Shown: positions 9,126 through 18,230 of the stretch, piece after piece
Position numbering within the stretch: position 1 is the first letter of the stretch
Layout: each line of letters opens with the position of its first letter
Assembly: GCA_045863235.1 (NCBI GenBank)
Contig: BTUM01000067.1
Span: 1-43,503, forward strand
Source of the DNA: Candidatus Xenobia bacterium
Lineage (GTDB): Bacteria > Vulcanimicrobiota > Xenobia > Xenobiales > QWHO01
Direction: 5' to 3'
DNA length: 43,503 bases
Position numbers and translations under genes: made by a program
Notes under the pieces: model-generated
What the model saw: the letters and a program-made list of their open reading frames with translations, nothing else
Database searches by the model: none
What the model was told of the DNA's origin: nothing

Positions 9126-10018
9126 AGCGACACTTTTCGACCGTTCCTGCCGTCGCCAGAACTCAGCGACGACCGGAGCGACGACAGATTTTCTGGGTCC
9201 TGGCGCTGCTCTTGCTGATCGCGGCCGGAGCCCCCCCGGTGGCCATGGTGAGCGACCTGAAGGGCAAGATCGAAGGAGTCGCCCTCTTTGGCATGCTGTC
9301 CGCCGGAGCCGAGCTGCGGCTGCCCGCCGGAGCCGAGTTGAGCCTCAGCTTCGTGCAGGGCGGCCTGCGCGAGCGCCTGAAAGGGCCCTGCCTGGCCCGC
9401 CTGGAGCCGACCGGCGTGAAGGTGCTCGAGGGCGCCCCCGCGGTCACAATGCGCCCCGCCGAGGGAGAATCGGCGGCCCTGCCCACGGGCCTGAACCTGG
9501 ACAAGATCGGAGGCCTGCGCCGGGGGGAGGTGCGCTTTGTCAACGATCCGGTCAGCCTGACCTCCCGCCCGGTGCTGCGCTGGGTCAGCAGCGAGCGGTT
9601 CTCGGAGCTAGAGGTCATGATCGAGGAGGCGGGTACCTTCAAGCGGGTGCTCAAGCAGCGGGTGCCTCCCGAGCCAGCCAGGCTGCAGGTCGAGCTCTCC
9701 CCGGGCAAGAGCTACCTCCTCTCGCTGACGGCCTTCCGGGCGGACGGCTCGCACATTCCCAACGAGCCGTTGCCGGTGCCCCTGCGGGTTCTCTCGAGCG
9801 AAGAGAGCGAGCGCTACGAGGCCCTGGCCCGCGAGGCCCGGATGGAGCTGCAGGCCCACCCGGAGGACCTGGCCCCCCTCAACGAACTGCTGGCAGCCTA
9901 TTTGTCTGAGGAGCTCTACGCGCCGGCCCTGGAGCTGGCCCGCGAGCTGACCCGACGGCGCTCGGGCGATGCCATCCTGACGAAGCTGGTGAGCGACCTG
10001 GAGGAGCGCCAGCGTTAG
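9122..10018 (+). CDS. Exported hypothetical protein coupled to the cyclase (DUF928/FecR-like position)
   Basis: ATGA overlap with the cyclase stop; hydrophobic N-terminal segment; helical C-terminus. Confidence 0.7.
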   Translation: MKRHFSTVPAVARTQRRPERRQIFWVLALLLLIAAGAPPVAMVSDLKGKIEGVALFGMLSAGAELRLPAGAELSLSFVQGGLRERLKGPCLARLEPTGVKVLEGAPAVTMRPAEGESAALPTGLNLDKIGGLRRGEVRFVNDPVSLTSRPVLRWVSSERFSELEVMIEEAGTFKRVLKQRVPPEPARLQVELSPGKSYLLSLTAFRADGSHIPNEPLPVPLRVLSSEESERYEALAREARMELQAHPEDLAPLNELLAAYLSEELYAPALELARELTRRRSGDAILTKLVSDLEERQR

Positions 10019-10503
10019 AGGTGGACCCACTTGGCGGAGCGGATTTTCTGGCGGGCGGCTTCGGGGATCTGGGCCGCCTCGAAGAGCTCGATCGGGATCT
10101 CGTCGGGCTCGGGGGGAACACCGACCGTGGCGGTGGTTTCGCCGCCCTGGACCCAGCCAAGCTTGGGATCGACCCTCCAGAGGCTGGTGACTTTGAGGCC
10201 GGCAGGACGGCCGGGCATGACGATGGTGGCGCCGTAGAAAACGCCGGAGTCCTGCACCACCAGGTAGCTCCCCGGCTCGCCTCCCTGGAGGGCGGTCCGC
10301 AAGAGGAGATGCTCCTCAGTGGACAACTTCGAGCCGTCATTGGGAGATGGGGCCCAGCTCGGAAGCGGACGGGGCTGGGGAATGGCGGTTGCCTGAGGAC
10401 TGGAGGAAGGCGCTGGCGCGGGGGATTGTGGGCGCAGATACACCAGCCCGATCAAGCCGACCAGGCCGAGGAGCAGGAGCGGCTCCCAGAATCTCCGCGT
10501 CAC
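10015..10503 (-). CDS. Membrane-anchored hypothetical protein
   Basis: GGAG-containing RBS region overlapping the upstream fragment stop; N-terminal TM followed by a Pro-rich linker. Confidence 0.7.
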   Translation of the reverse strand: MTRRFWEPLLLLGLVGLIGLVYLRPQSPAPAPSSSPQATAIPQPRPLPSWAPSPNDGSKLSTEEHLLLRTALQGGEPGSYLVVQDSGVFYGATIVMPGRPAGLKVTSLWRVDPKLGWVQGGETTATVGVPPEPDEIPIELFEAAQIPEAARQKIRSAKWVHL

Positions 10504-10507
10504 CTCC

Positions 10508-10650
10508 TCAGCCCTTCTGCACCCGCCCGCGCACCTTCAAGGCCACGTTGCCCAGGATGACATGGCTGCCGGTCTCGGCCACGGCGGCCCCGGGCTGCTC
10601 GCCGGAGACCGCCTGAGCCAGGCTCTCCACCTGCTCGCGAGCGCGCCTCT
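10508..10650 (-). pseudogene. Orphan 3' gene fragment encoding the shared C-terminal tail motif
   Basis: Reads ...RAREQVESLAQAVSGEQPGAAVAETGSHVILGNVALKVRGRVQKG*; out of frame with the upstream gene and lacking a clear RBS or start. Confidence 0.5.
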
Positions 10651-11226
10651 TTAGACGCGACGCCCAAGCACCACGCCGCCTACCACCAGACGTCCGCCCC
10701 GCTCGGCCAACTGCGAGCCCGAGCCAGCCTTCATCGTCTGGAGCATGCCATTCAGTTGGCGGGCCTCGGTAAGGAGCCGCAGCGCCTCGGCCACCTGCGG
10801 CTCGTGACGGGAAGCCTGATCCCGATAGCGGTCGGCCTCGATGCGGTCCTGCGCCCGGTCACACCACAGCTGAGTGGAGCAGCGGTCGAGCTGCTCGCTC
10901 AGGTCCACCAGCTCGGCGTGACGGCGCAGGCAATAGAACACTCCCGCTCCAGCCGCCAGGCCGCCCAGTGCGAAGACCGGATGCACCGAGGCGGCCAGAG
11001 GAACCGAGAGAACCGTGGGCAGGATCAGCCCCATGCCGGTGGTGGTGGCGCGGGACTTCTGGCCCTCAACCGCCTGCATTTGAAGGCGCAACTGGTCGTA
11101 TTCCCCAACCCTGGCATCAGAGCGGCGCTCATAGCGGTCGGCGATGCACACCATCAGACGTCGCTGGGTCTCGCGCTCGGCCCAGTCTGCCTGCAGGTTG
11201 AAAAGGGGAACAGCGGTAAGATTCAT
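10651..11226 (-). CDS. Two-TM coiled-coil protein with C-terminal VVGG-basic tail
   Basis: 191 aa; hydrophobic hairpin; ends SQLAERGGRLVVGGVVLGRRV. Confidence 0.75.
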   Translation of the reverse strand: MNLTAVPLFNLQADWAERETQRRLMVCIADRYERRSDARVGEYDQLRLQMQAVEGQKSRATTTGMGLILPTVLSVPLAASVHPVFALGGLAAGAGVFYCLRRHAELVDLSEQLDRCSTQLWCDRAQDRIEADRYRDQASRHEPQVAEALRLLTEARQLNGMLQTMKAGSGSQLAERGGRLVVGGVVLGRRV

Positions 11227-11300
11227 AGCCAGAGGATAAGCCAGGAACCTGAAAATTTGCTTGTCAGAGTTCTTTCAAGCTGGAACGGTAGACTCAGGCC
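11227..11300. promoter_or_regulatory. Divergent leaderless promoters TTCA-N11-TANNCT-N6-ATG
   Basis: Plus: TTCA 11274-77, TAGACT 11289-94, ATG 11301. Minus: TTCA 11250-53, TATCCT 11233-38, ATG 11226. Confidence 0.65.
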
Positions 11301-12416
11301 ATGATCGCTGGCGCTCTCAACAGTCTGCGACCCGCCTGGATTCCCACCCGGGCGGCCGCGACGAGCGCGCCCGATCCCCTTGACCAGGTCGTCGACACGG
11401 TGCACACCGCGGTTCAGGCCGTGGAAGACGCCGTGGTCCATCCCGAGGGCCCTCGCCGGACGGCCATGTACTGCGCCGGACGTACCTGCCTGAGCTTCCT
11501 GACCGGACCGGTGGCCCACGGGGTGGGCCAGGCCCTCAAAGCGCTGGGCCACAACACTCGAGAGATCAATCCGGCGCCGCCCCCCAGCCCGCTGGCCGAC
11601 CTGCCCGCCTCCACCCTGTCACGCCCGGTTCTGATGGTTCACGGCTGGCACACCAAGATGGAATTCTACCAGGCCCTCACCGACAAGCTCACCGAAGGCG
11701 GCGCCAACGGCGGCCGGCCAGCCTTCGTGCAGAAGGGCCAGCTGTTCGAGGACGCCGAGTGCACCCGCCCACTGGCCCATCCCAGCCCGGACATGCGCGT
11801 CTTCGTCAGCGTCTTCAGCAGCCATCGCCTGGCTCCCGACCAATCCGCCCCGGAGCTGAAGGCTAACCTGGAGGCCGTCTCTCGCCTCACCGGCCAGGCC
11901 CTGGTGGACGTCAGCGCCTACAGCATGGGCGGTCTGGCCACGCGCAGACTGGTGGACGAGTTTCCCGAGAGCCACGGCGTGGGTAAGTTCCTGATGGTCG
12001 GCACCCCCAACCAGGGAGCCGGCATGGCCGGTCTTTGCGCTTTGACCCTGGCCAACGAAAAGAAAGGGCAGGACTTGCGCTGGCTGCTCAACACCAAGGA
12101 CGTCCTGGCCGAGGACGAGCAAGCCCTGGAATGGCTCCGCCCCACTTCGGCCCTGCGCGAAGAGCTGAACTCGCGCTGGCCCACCCAGATGGCCTGCTTC
12201 GAATCGGTGCTGCACCTGGGCTCGAAAGCCGTGCTGACGCCCAGCTTGCTGCTCTGGCCAGTGCCGGGCGACGGCACCGTCTCAGCCGTGAGTCTGGGCC
12301 TGGAGGGCATGCCGGTCAAGTTTGTGAGAAGCCACGGACAGTACGGCAGCCACAAGAACTTGCTGGCCAACCCGGACACCTACATGGAGATGCGCGACCA
12401 CTTCGGCTGGCACTGA
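11301..12416 (+). CDS. Alpha/beta hydrolase (lipase-like) with N-terminal extension
   Basis: PVLMVHG, nucleophile elbow AYSMGG, GTPNQGA, GDGTV, and a C-terminal His. Confidence 0.85.
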   Translation: MIAGALNSLRPAWIPTRAAATSAPDPLDQVVDTVHTAVQAVEDAVVHPEGPRRTAMYCAGRTCLSFLTGPVAHGVGQALKALGHNTREINPAPPPSPLADLPASTLSRPVLMVHGWHTKMEFYQALTDKLTEGGANGGRPAFVQKGQLFEDAECTRPLAHPSPDMRVFVSVFSSHRLAPDQSAPELKANLEAVSRLTGQALVDVSAYSMGGLATRRLVDEFPESHGVGKFLMVGTPNQGAGMAGLCALTLANEKKGQDLRWLLNTKDVLAEDEQALEWLRPTSALREELNSRWPTQMACFESVLHLGSKAVLTPSLLLWPVPGDGTVSAVSLGLEGMPVKFVRSHGQYGSHKNLLANPDTYMEMRDHFGWH

Positions 12417-12498
12417 CCCGCCAGAGCCTGGAACTTGCGTGGGCGATGAGACGACCCCGAGCACTCTGGCCGAAAGGTGCACGAAAGGTCCCGGCCTC

Positions 12499-12729
12499 AT
12501 GATGGTCCCAGACCATCGAGAGGAGAATCAACCCGTGATCAAGCTACCCCGAATCTTTTCCATGCCAGCTGGCCAGCGCAAGTGTCCACCCGAGACCGTG
12601 CCCAGTCAAGAAGAGGTCGACAAGACACTGAAGGAATCGCTTGAGCGTGGCCGAGAATCCAACCGGGCTCTGGCGGCCGCACTGGGATGGGATGACTCCA
12701 AGATCGATGCCTACTTCCCCAGCACCTGA
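12499..12729 (+). CDS. Small hypothetical protein
   Basis: Short ORF; alternative GTG start at 12535 with GAGGAG RBS. Confidence 0.4.
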   Translation: MMVPDHREENQPVIKLPRIFSMPAGQRKCPPETVPSQEEVDKTLKESLERGRESNRALAAALGWDDSKIDAYFPST

Positions 12730-12731
12730 CC

Positions 12732-13292
12732 TCAGCGCTTGCGAATCAAGGTCCCCCCGACCACCAGGGAGTCCTTGCGCTCCATGATGTTGCCGACCTG
12801 GCGGAGCCCATCCGCCAGGGCGGTCATCTCCTCGGTATCCTGCTTGAGCAACGCCGCGCGGGCCTGGGCCAACTGGGGGTAAGCCCGGGTCTTCAACAGC
12901 TCCTGCCGGTGCTCCACGCTGGGATAGGTCATCTGGTACTCCATCCGGGCACTGTCCCGGCGCATGCAGGCCACCTGGCAGGTGGTAATCCCTATCAGGA
13001 AGACGCCCAGCCCCGGAAAGACCCCGTGGGTGCCGAGACCCATGGCCAGCGAGACACCCATCCCGACCATGGCCAGGACTCCCCCGGCCACGGCTCCCTT
13101 CAGGCCCCAACCCGCGATCTTGTCGTTCCTCAGGGCGGAGGTGCGCCACTTCTCGCAGTTCTCCAGGTCGGTCTTGATCTCGGGCTCCCACTTGTCGACC
13201 AGCCCCTGGAAGTGCGTGATGGTATTGTTCAGGCGCTCTCGACTGGTGGGCTCTGGTGGTGCGCTGGAGGCGCTCAATGGCATCAGGTACAC
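12732..13292 (-). CDS. Two-TM coiled-coil protein with C-terminal VVGG-basic tail
   Basis: GAGGAG RBS; hydrophobic hairpin; ends VGNIMERKDSLVVGGTLIRKR. Confidence 0.75.
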   Translation of the reverse strand: MYLMPLSASSAPPEPTSRERLNNTITHFQGLVDKWEPEIKTDLENCEKWRTSALRNDKIAGWGLKGAVAGGVLAMVGMGVSLAMGLGTHGVFPGLGVFLIGITTCQVACMRRDSARMEYQMTYPSVEHRQELLKTRAYPQLAQARAALLKQDTEEMTALADGLRQVGNIMERKDSLVVGGTLIRKR

Positions 13293-14173
13293 GGCGTAAG
13301 CTCTCCTCTTCGGGGCAGCAAAGTCAGCGGGGTAGCGTTCTTCATCTCCTGGGCATCGGCCCGCACCGAGCCCTCGCGCTGCTTGGAGAAACCCAGGGCG
13401 GTCCGCATCCCCACCATGGTCTCCATGTGGCAGACCACCAGAACCGTCCGGCCCGGGTGTCGGTCGGCCACGTCCCCCAGGAAGCTCTGGACGCGGTCGA
13501 CCACGTCCAGACGGCTCTCTCCTCCCGGGAAGCGATGCACGAAGTCGTAGCCCGGTCCTTGAAACGAGTCCATGCGGTGGGCGAAGTCGGGATAATCAGA
13601 GCGCAGGTCGTCACGCGTCTTCATCTCGTAGCAGCCAAAGTGAATCTCCTTGAGCCGGTCATCCGGGAGGATGGGCAACTCCACCGCTCCGCCTGAGCGC
13701 TCACGCAGCAAGCTCACCAGGGCTTCGGCCGTCAGAGCCGCCCGGGTGAGCGGGCTGGTGTAGACGACGGGCAAGAGGGAAGGATCCCGGGCCGCCCGCT
13801 GCAACCAGGCCTCGCCCCCAAGCTGCGAGAAAAGCTGCTCGGCAGCGTCCTCGGCCTGGTGTCGACCGGTGTCGGTCAGGGCCACCTCGCTCTGGCCCGA
13901 AAGGATGGCGGGCTTCCCCTGCTCGCGTGCCAGGTTGGCCACGGTCTGGCCGTGGCGCATGGCCAGAAGGTGCACCCCGGCGCACTCGAGCTTGCCCCGC
14001 ACGCAGGAAGGACCGCTGTAAGCGATGGTGCCTGACTCGGCATTCACCAGCCTGAACCCGGCCGGGACGCAGGTCGATTCGAGACCTTCCGATACCTTCG
14101 GAGTCATCCCAGCGGAACGAATGGGAACCGTCAGAGAGCTCCAGATCGGGCGCAGGCAAACCGGGGGCAGCAT
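13283..14173 (-). CDS. Histidine phosphatase (phosphoglycerate mutase family)
   Basis: MRHGQT, YTSPLTRA, RLKEIHFG, PGGES and VLVVCH motifs. Confidence 0.88.
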   Translation of the reverse strand: MLPPVCLRPIWSSLTVPIRSAGMTPKVSEGLESTCVPAGFRLVNAESGTIAYSGPSCVRGKLECAGVHLLAMRHGQTVANLAREQGKPAILSGQSEVALTDTGRHQAEDAAEQLFSQLGGEAWLQRAARDPSLLPVVYTSPLTRAALTAEALVSLLRERSGGAVELPILPDDRLKEIHFGCYEMKTRDDLRSDYPDFAHRMDSFQGPGYDFVHRFPGGESRLDVVDRVQSFLGDVADRHPGRTVLVVCHMETMVGMRTALGFSKQREGSVRADAQEMKNATPLTLLPRRGELTPCT

Positions 14174-14211
14174 GCTTTGAGCTTAGGCGACGGCTCTGAA
14201 AAAGCTCAGAA
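14174..14211 (-). promoter_or_regulatory. Leaderless promoter TTCA-N11-TAAGCT-N6-ATG
   Basis: TTCA 14197-200, TAAGCT 14180-85, ATG 14173; TTCT repeat 11 bp upstream. Confidence 0.6.
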
Positions 14212-14285
14212 CCTGTTCACACGATTTTGGATCGGCTCCAACTCGGCGGGGCATGCTGGGGTCATCACGCAGGGAGGTACGTCCA

Positions 14286-14528
14286 ATGGACATCGGTGGC
14301 ATTTCCATCCCCCAGACGCAACCCTACGGCCCCCGGAACGAGACCCGCCAATTGGAGCTCGAAAAGCTCCGCGACGAGCAGCGCGAGAAGGCTCAAGAGC
14401 TCCAGCGCCGGGCCCGCTTTGAGGAGGACCTTTCCGACTGCACCCGCCTGTCTGACAGTCCTCGCCGAGAGAAAGGCTGTCAGGAGCTGGTGGAGGGGCT
14501 CAAAGAGAACTACACTCCCGCGCGTTGA
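14286..14528 (+). CDS. Small hypothetical protein
   Basis: GGAGG RBS; 80 aa MDIGGISIPQTQPYGP... Confidence 0.6.
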   Translation: MDIGGISIPQTQPYGPRNETRQLELEKLRDEQREKAQELQRRARFEEDLSDCTRLSDSPRREKGCQELVEGLKENYTPAR

Positions 14529-14559
14529 CTGTTCAGAATCAGAACGCGCGGGAGTGTAG
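14510..14559. terminator. 17-bp perfect inverted repeat over the stop codon (terminator or stability hairpin)
   Basis: CTACACTCCCGCGCGTT (14510-26) / AACGCGCGGGAGTGTAG (14543-59); no U-tract. Confidence 0.5.
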
Positions 14560-14627
14560 ACAATCTGTTGAACGGCGCCGCGCCAATTCCTGAAGCGTTC
14601 AACGCGCGGCGCCTTTGCCGGCTGAGC

Positions 14628-14702
14628 TCAGTCCGGTCTCTTGATCCGCCGGGGCGGCACCCACTCGTCCCACTCGCTGCCGTAGTCAAGGTACCTCATC
14701 AT
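14628..14702 (-). pseudogene. Fragment resembling the end of a Tudor-knot/chromo-barrel domain
   Basis: MMRYLDYGSEWDEWVPPRRIKRPD*; WDEWV-x3-RI is the Tudor-knot signature. Confidence 0.4.
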
Positions 14703-14810
14703 CGAGCCGGCTTCGAGGGCTAGCAAAGGAGAGACCTCCAGGCGAACGAAGGCGGTCGACGTCGACAAGGTCGCAGACTCGTCGCCCACACCAACTCGGG
14801 GAGCAAATCC

Positions 14811-15677
14811 ATGGCACGCACCGTCTTATCCGGTCTCATCCAGGCCTCCAACCCGATCAACGACGAGTCCCGCCCGGTCGCCGATGTTCAGGCGGCCATG
14901 CTCGACAAGCACCTGCCGATGATTCACGACGCCGGCAAGCAGGGCGTTCAGATCCTGTGTCTGCAAGAGATCTTCAACGGCCCCTACTTCTGCCCGGGCC
15001 AGGACAAACGCTGGTATGACGCCGCCGAGCCCGTCCCGGGGCCCACCGTCGAGCGACTATCGCAGATCGCCCGGCAGTATGAGATGGTGATGATCGTCCC
15101 CGTCTACGAGCGCGAGCAGGCCGGCGTCTACTACAACACCGCCGCCGTCATCGACGCGGATGGCAGCTACCTCGGAAAGTACCGCAAGACCCACATCCCC
15201 CAGACCAGCGGGTTCTGGGAGAAGTACTTCTTCCGCCCCGGCAACCTCGGCTACCCGGTCTTCAGGACGCGCTACGCGACCATCGGCGTCTACATCTGCT
15301 ACGACCGCCACTTTCCCGAGGGCGCCCGGGCCCTGGGCCTGGCGGGCGCGGAGATCGTCTACAACCCCTCGGCCACGGTGGCCGGGCTCTCGCAGCACCT
15401 CTGGAAGCTCGAGCAACCCGCTCACGCGGTGGCCAACGGCTACTACGTGGGAGCCATCAATCGGGTCGGCACCGAGGCGCCCTGGAACATCGGCAAGTTC
15501 TATGGCAGCTCGTACTTCGTGAATCCGCGGGGGCAGATCATTGTCTGCGGCAGCGAAGACCAGGACGAGCTGGTGGTGGCCACGCTCGACCTGGACATGA
15601 TCGAGGAAGTGCGCCGCACCTGGCAGTTCTTCCGGGATCGCCGCCCGGACGCCTACGGTCCGCTGGTCGAGGCCTGA
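14811..15677 (+). CDS. Nitrilase-superfamily amidase (beta-ureidopropionase / N-carbamoyl amidase-like)
   Basis: Catalytic triad E (CLQEIF), K (YRKTHIP), C (ICYDRHFPE); FWEKYFF. Confidence 0.9.
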   Translation: MARTVLSGLIQASNPINDESRPVADVQAAMLDKHLPMIHDAGKQGVQILCLQEIFNGPYFCPGQDKRWYDAAEPVPGPTVERLSQIARQYEMVMIVPVYEREQAGVYYNTAAVIDADGSYLGKYRKTHIPQTSGFWEKYFFRPGNLGYPVFRTRYATIGVYICYDRHFPEGARALGLAGAEIVYNPSATVAGLSQHLWKLEQPAHAVANGYYVGAINRVGTEAPWNIGKFYGSSYFVNPRGQIIVCGSEDQDELVVATLDLDMIEEVRRTWQFFRDRRPDAYGPLVEA

Positions 15678-15719
15678 CGCGGGCAACACTGAGGGGTGGC
15701 CGGGGATCGGGATCGGCCG

Positions 15720-18230
15720 TCAGGTGCGCCGACGCTCGCGGACGACCACCCCGCCCACCGTGACCTTGCCCGGTGAGAGCTCCACCATAGCGCCTGGCGA
15801 GCGGTCGGGCACCTTCAGGTGGCGCCGCAGAGCCAGCTCGCGCGCCGACTCCCAGGGCATTCCCTGGCGGCGCAATTCGCGGGCTTGCTGATAAACCTGC
15901 ATCCCGTCGCTTTGCAGCCGGGCCTGCAGCTCCAGATAGCGCTCTGCCCCGCTGGCCCAACCGTCGGGGTCTTGAACCAGCTCGTGCAGCACCGACAGCG
16001 AGGCATCCAGCTCGTCGGCATCGACCAGCCTGGAGAGCACCGGGTGCGCCCTGGCCTGAGCGCAGAAACCGTCCTGAATGGCTTGCTCGAGGGCTCGCTG
16101 ATCGCTGGAGGCCCGGGCCAGCTTGAGGCTGGACCGGTAACTGGCCAGGCGCTCGGGCAGGTCCTGGCCGGCAAAGCCGCTGACCGCGCGAGTGGCCTCG
16201 TTGGCCACAAAGCCATCCACCAGGGCTTCCAGCTCGGCTGGCACCGTGGCCGTGCCGCTCTCCAGCTCCGGTCGAAGCAGGGTCAAGAGCTTCTCGGAAA
16301 GCTGCGGCTGCTCGGTCCAGAGATTGGAAAGCAAGCTGAGCGAAGCCCTGCCCTCGGGGCCCAGCTCCTCGAGCGAGCCGGCCTGGCGGTAGCCCTCCTC
16401 GAAGCGGGCCAGGGCCGGCCCGGCCAGGGCGCTTCGCTCGGCCGGGTCGAGGGCCGCCAGCAAGGGGGCCGAGCGCTCCGAAGGCAGCTGGTCTTCGTAG
16501 GCCTCCACCCGGTCCGGCCAGGGAGGATCGGGCACCTCCTCGCCCAGCAGAGCGTTGAGCCGCAGCAGGCGCTCGAGCTCGCCAGCGCGCTCGGAGCCGG
16601 AAAGCTGCCTCAGGCGCGCGGGGCCTTGCTCCAGGGCGTGCAGTCGTGCCGCATCCACCATCCGGCGGGTGGCCCGGTGCTGGGGCTGGCTCTCCAGCTC
16701 GCCCTCGAAGACAGCATAGAGCCGCGGCCGATTCCCGGGGTCCTGGTGCAGCAGGGCCAGGGTGGCCCGGGCGCGCGGGGACAGGGCCTCCAGGCTGCCG
16801 GCCTGCTGGTAGGCTGTCTTGAGCCCGGTCAAGAGCGACTCGGCCCGCTCGCCCACCAGCCAGGGGTAGACCGTCTCTTCGACATCGCGGTTCCAAACGT
16901 CCAGAACCCGGTCGTCGGTTCCCACTTCGAGCAGATGGTCAAGAGCAGCCTCGGGAAGGCTGGTGCTCAGGGGCAGCGTGGAAAGGAGCTCCGCGGGGCA
17001 ATCCTTCAACAGCTGAGCGGCCAGAGTGAACTCGTCGGTGCTGCGCATCAGGTGCTCGCCGCTCTGCCCGCCCCGCGACTGAAACAGTTTGCCGGCCACC
17101 CAGGCGACCTGCTCGGGGGTATCAGGCCGCCAACCGAGCTTGAGCCCGGCTACTTTGACCGTGTTCTCCACCGGCGCGGGCAGGTAGACGCCACGATGCT
17201 GCTGACAGAGCTCTTGCAGCACCGGGCTCATCAGCTCGGGGCGGCGCTCGAAGAGCTCGATCAGGGACGACTGGGCGGCATAGCTCGGTCCGACCTGATC
17301 GGCGAACAGCAGCGGCAGGAGGTTGCGGCTCACATATCCGGCCTCCTCGAGCTGGGGATGCTGCTCGATGAGCTTGCCCAGGGCGGAGGCCAGCTCGCCA
17401 CCCTCGCGCCCGAGCCGGCCTTCGGCCTGGAGGCGGGCGGTGGGATCGGGCTCGGCCGGATCGAGGCGAGCGATGTCGAGCGGTCTGGGATGGACCTCGA
17501 TCCGGTTCCCCGAAACGGCCGCGCCCAGCCCGACTTCGTCCAGCGTCCCACCCACCAGCTGGGCCTGCCCGCTCTGCACCCAGGCTTCCACCAGGGCGCG
17601 GCAGCGCTGAGCCAGCTTGAGGTCTTGCTCGACCGGCTCTTCCTCACGCACCTCAAGCTCGAGGCGCGAGCGATCTTCCAACCCGGCCCAGAGATGCACC
17701 ACCGTGCGCAGAGCAGTGGGAGTCATGGGCCGTTCCTGGAGGTGATCGAGAAACTGGCCCCAGACGTCCAGGTGGAGGGCAAAAGCGCGGTCAGGCTGAG
17801 AGCGGTCCTCGGCCAGCCGCTCGTGCTGGCGCTCGAGGTAGGCCACCGGGTCGCCCGCTTCGGCCGTCCACATCTCCAGCGCTGAATCATAGTGTCCGTG
17901 GTCGTCGAGCAGCACGCGAGCCAGGCGGGCCGCCAGGGGATGCCCCTGGCCGTGGGCCTGTCGCCCCAGCTCGGCCTGCATGGGCTTGTCCAGGTCCCTC
18001 CCGGCGATGAGCTGCCGGCGCAGTCCGGTCAGGAAGGCCATAGCCAGTCGGCCCTCGGGGGCCGGCGCCTGGACGGCAGCCGTCTCGGCTACCAGGGCCG
18101 GGACGATCCTCCCGGAGCCGGTTGGGCGCTCTTCACCCAGAACGACGCTGTCCGGGCTCTCAGCCGAGCTCGCTCGCTGAGGCCCGAACCAGCTCAGGGT
18201 GCGGACGGCGCTCTGGGCTAGAATGTGCAT
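15720..18230 (-). CDS. Large helical hypothetical protein with C-terminal VTVGG-basic tail
   Basis: 836 aa; internal repeats (YQQAGSLEALSP / YRQAGSLEELGP); ends MVELSPGKVTVGGVVVRERRRT. Confidence 0.8.
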   Translation of the reverse strand: MHILAQSAVRTLSWFGPQRASSAESPDSVVLGEERPTGSGRIVPALVAETAAVQAPAPEGRLAMAFLTGLRRQLIAGRDLDKPMQAELGRQAHGQGHPLAARLARVLLDDHGHYDSALEMWTAEAGDPVAYLERQHERLAEDRSQPDRAFALHLDVWGQFLDHLQERPMTPTALRTVVHLWAGLEDRSRLELEVREEEPVEQDLKLAQRCRALVEAWVQSGQAQLVGGTLDEVGLGAAVSGNRIEVHPRPLDIARLDPAEPDPTARLQAEGRLGREGGELASALGKLIEQHPQLEEAGYVSRNLLPLLFADQVGPSYAAQSSLIELFERRPELMSPVLQELCQQHRGVYLPAPVENTVKVAGLKLGWRPDTPEQVAWVAGKLFQSRGGQSGEHLMRSTDEFTLAAQLLKDCPAELLSTLPLSTSLPEAALDHLLEVGTDDRVLDVWNRDVEETVYPWLVGERAESLLTGLKTAYQQAGSLEALSPRARATLALLHQDPGNRPRLYAVFEGELESQPQHRATRRMVDAARLHALEQGPARLRQLSGSERAGELERLLRLNALLGEEVPDPPWPDRVEAYEDQLPSERSAPLLAALDPAERSALAGPALARFEEGYRQAGSLEELGPEGRASLSLLSNLWTEQPQLSEKLLTLLRPELESGTATVPAELEALVDGFVANEATRAVSGFAGQDLPERLASYRSSLKLARASSDQRALEQAIQDGFCAQARAHPVLSRLVDADELDASLSVLHELVQDPDGWASGAERYLELQARLQSDGMQVYQQARELRRQGMPWESARELALRRHLKVPDRSPGAMVELSPGKVTVGGVVVRERRRT

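Noticed and set aside
15819..17885. 688-aa plus-strand ORF
   Set aside because: Antisense shadow of the 836-aa minus-strand gene, which has a promoter motif and the shared tail.
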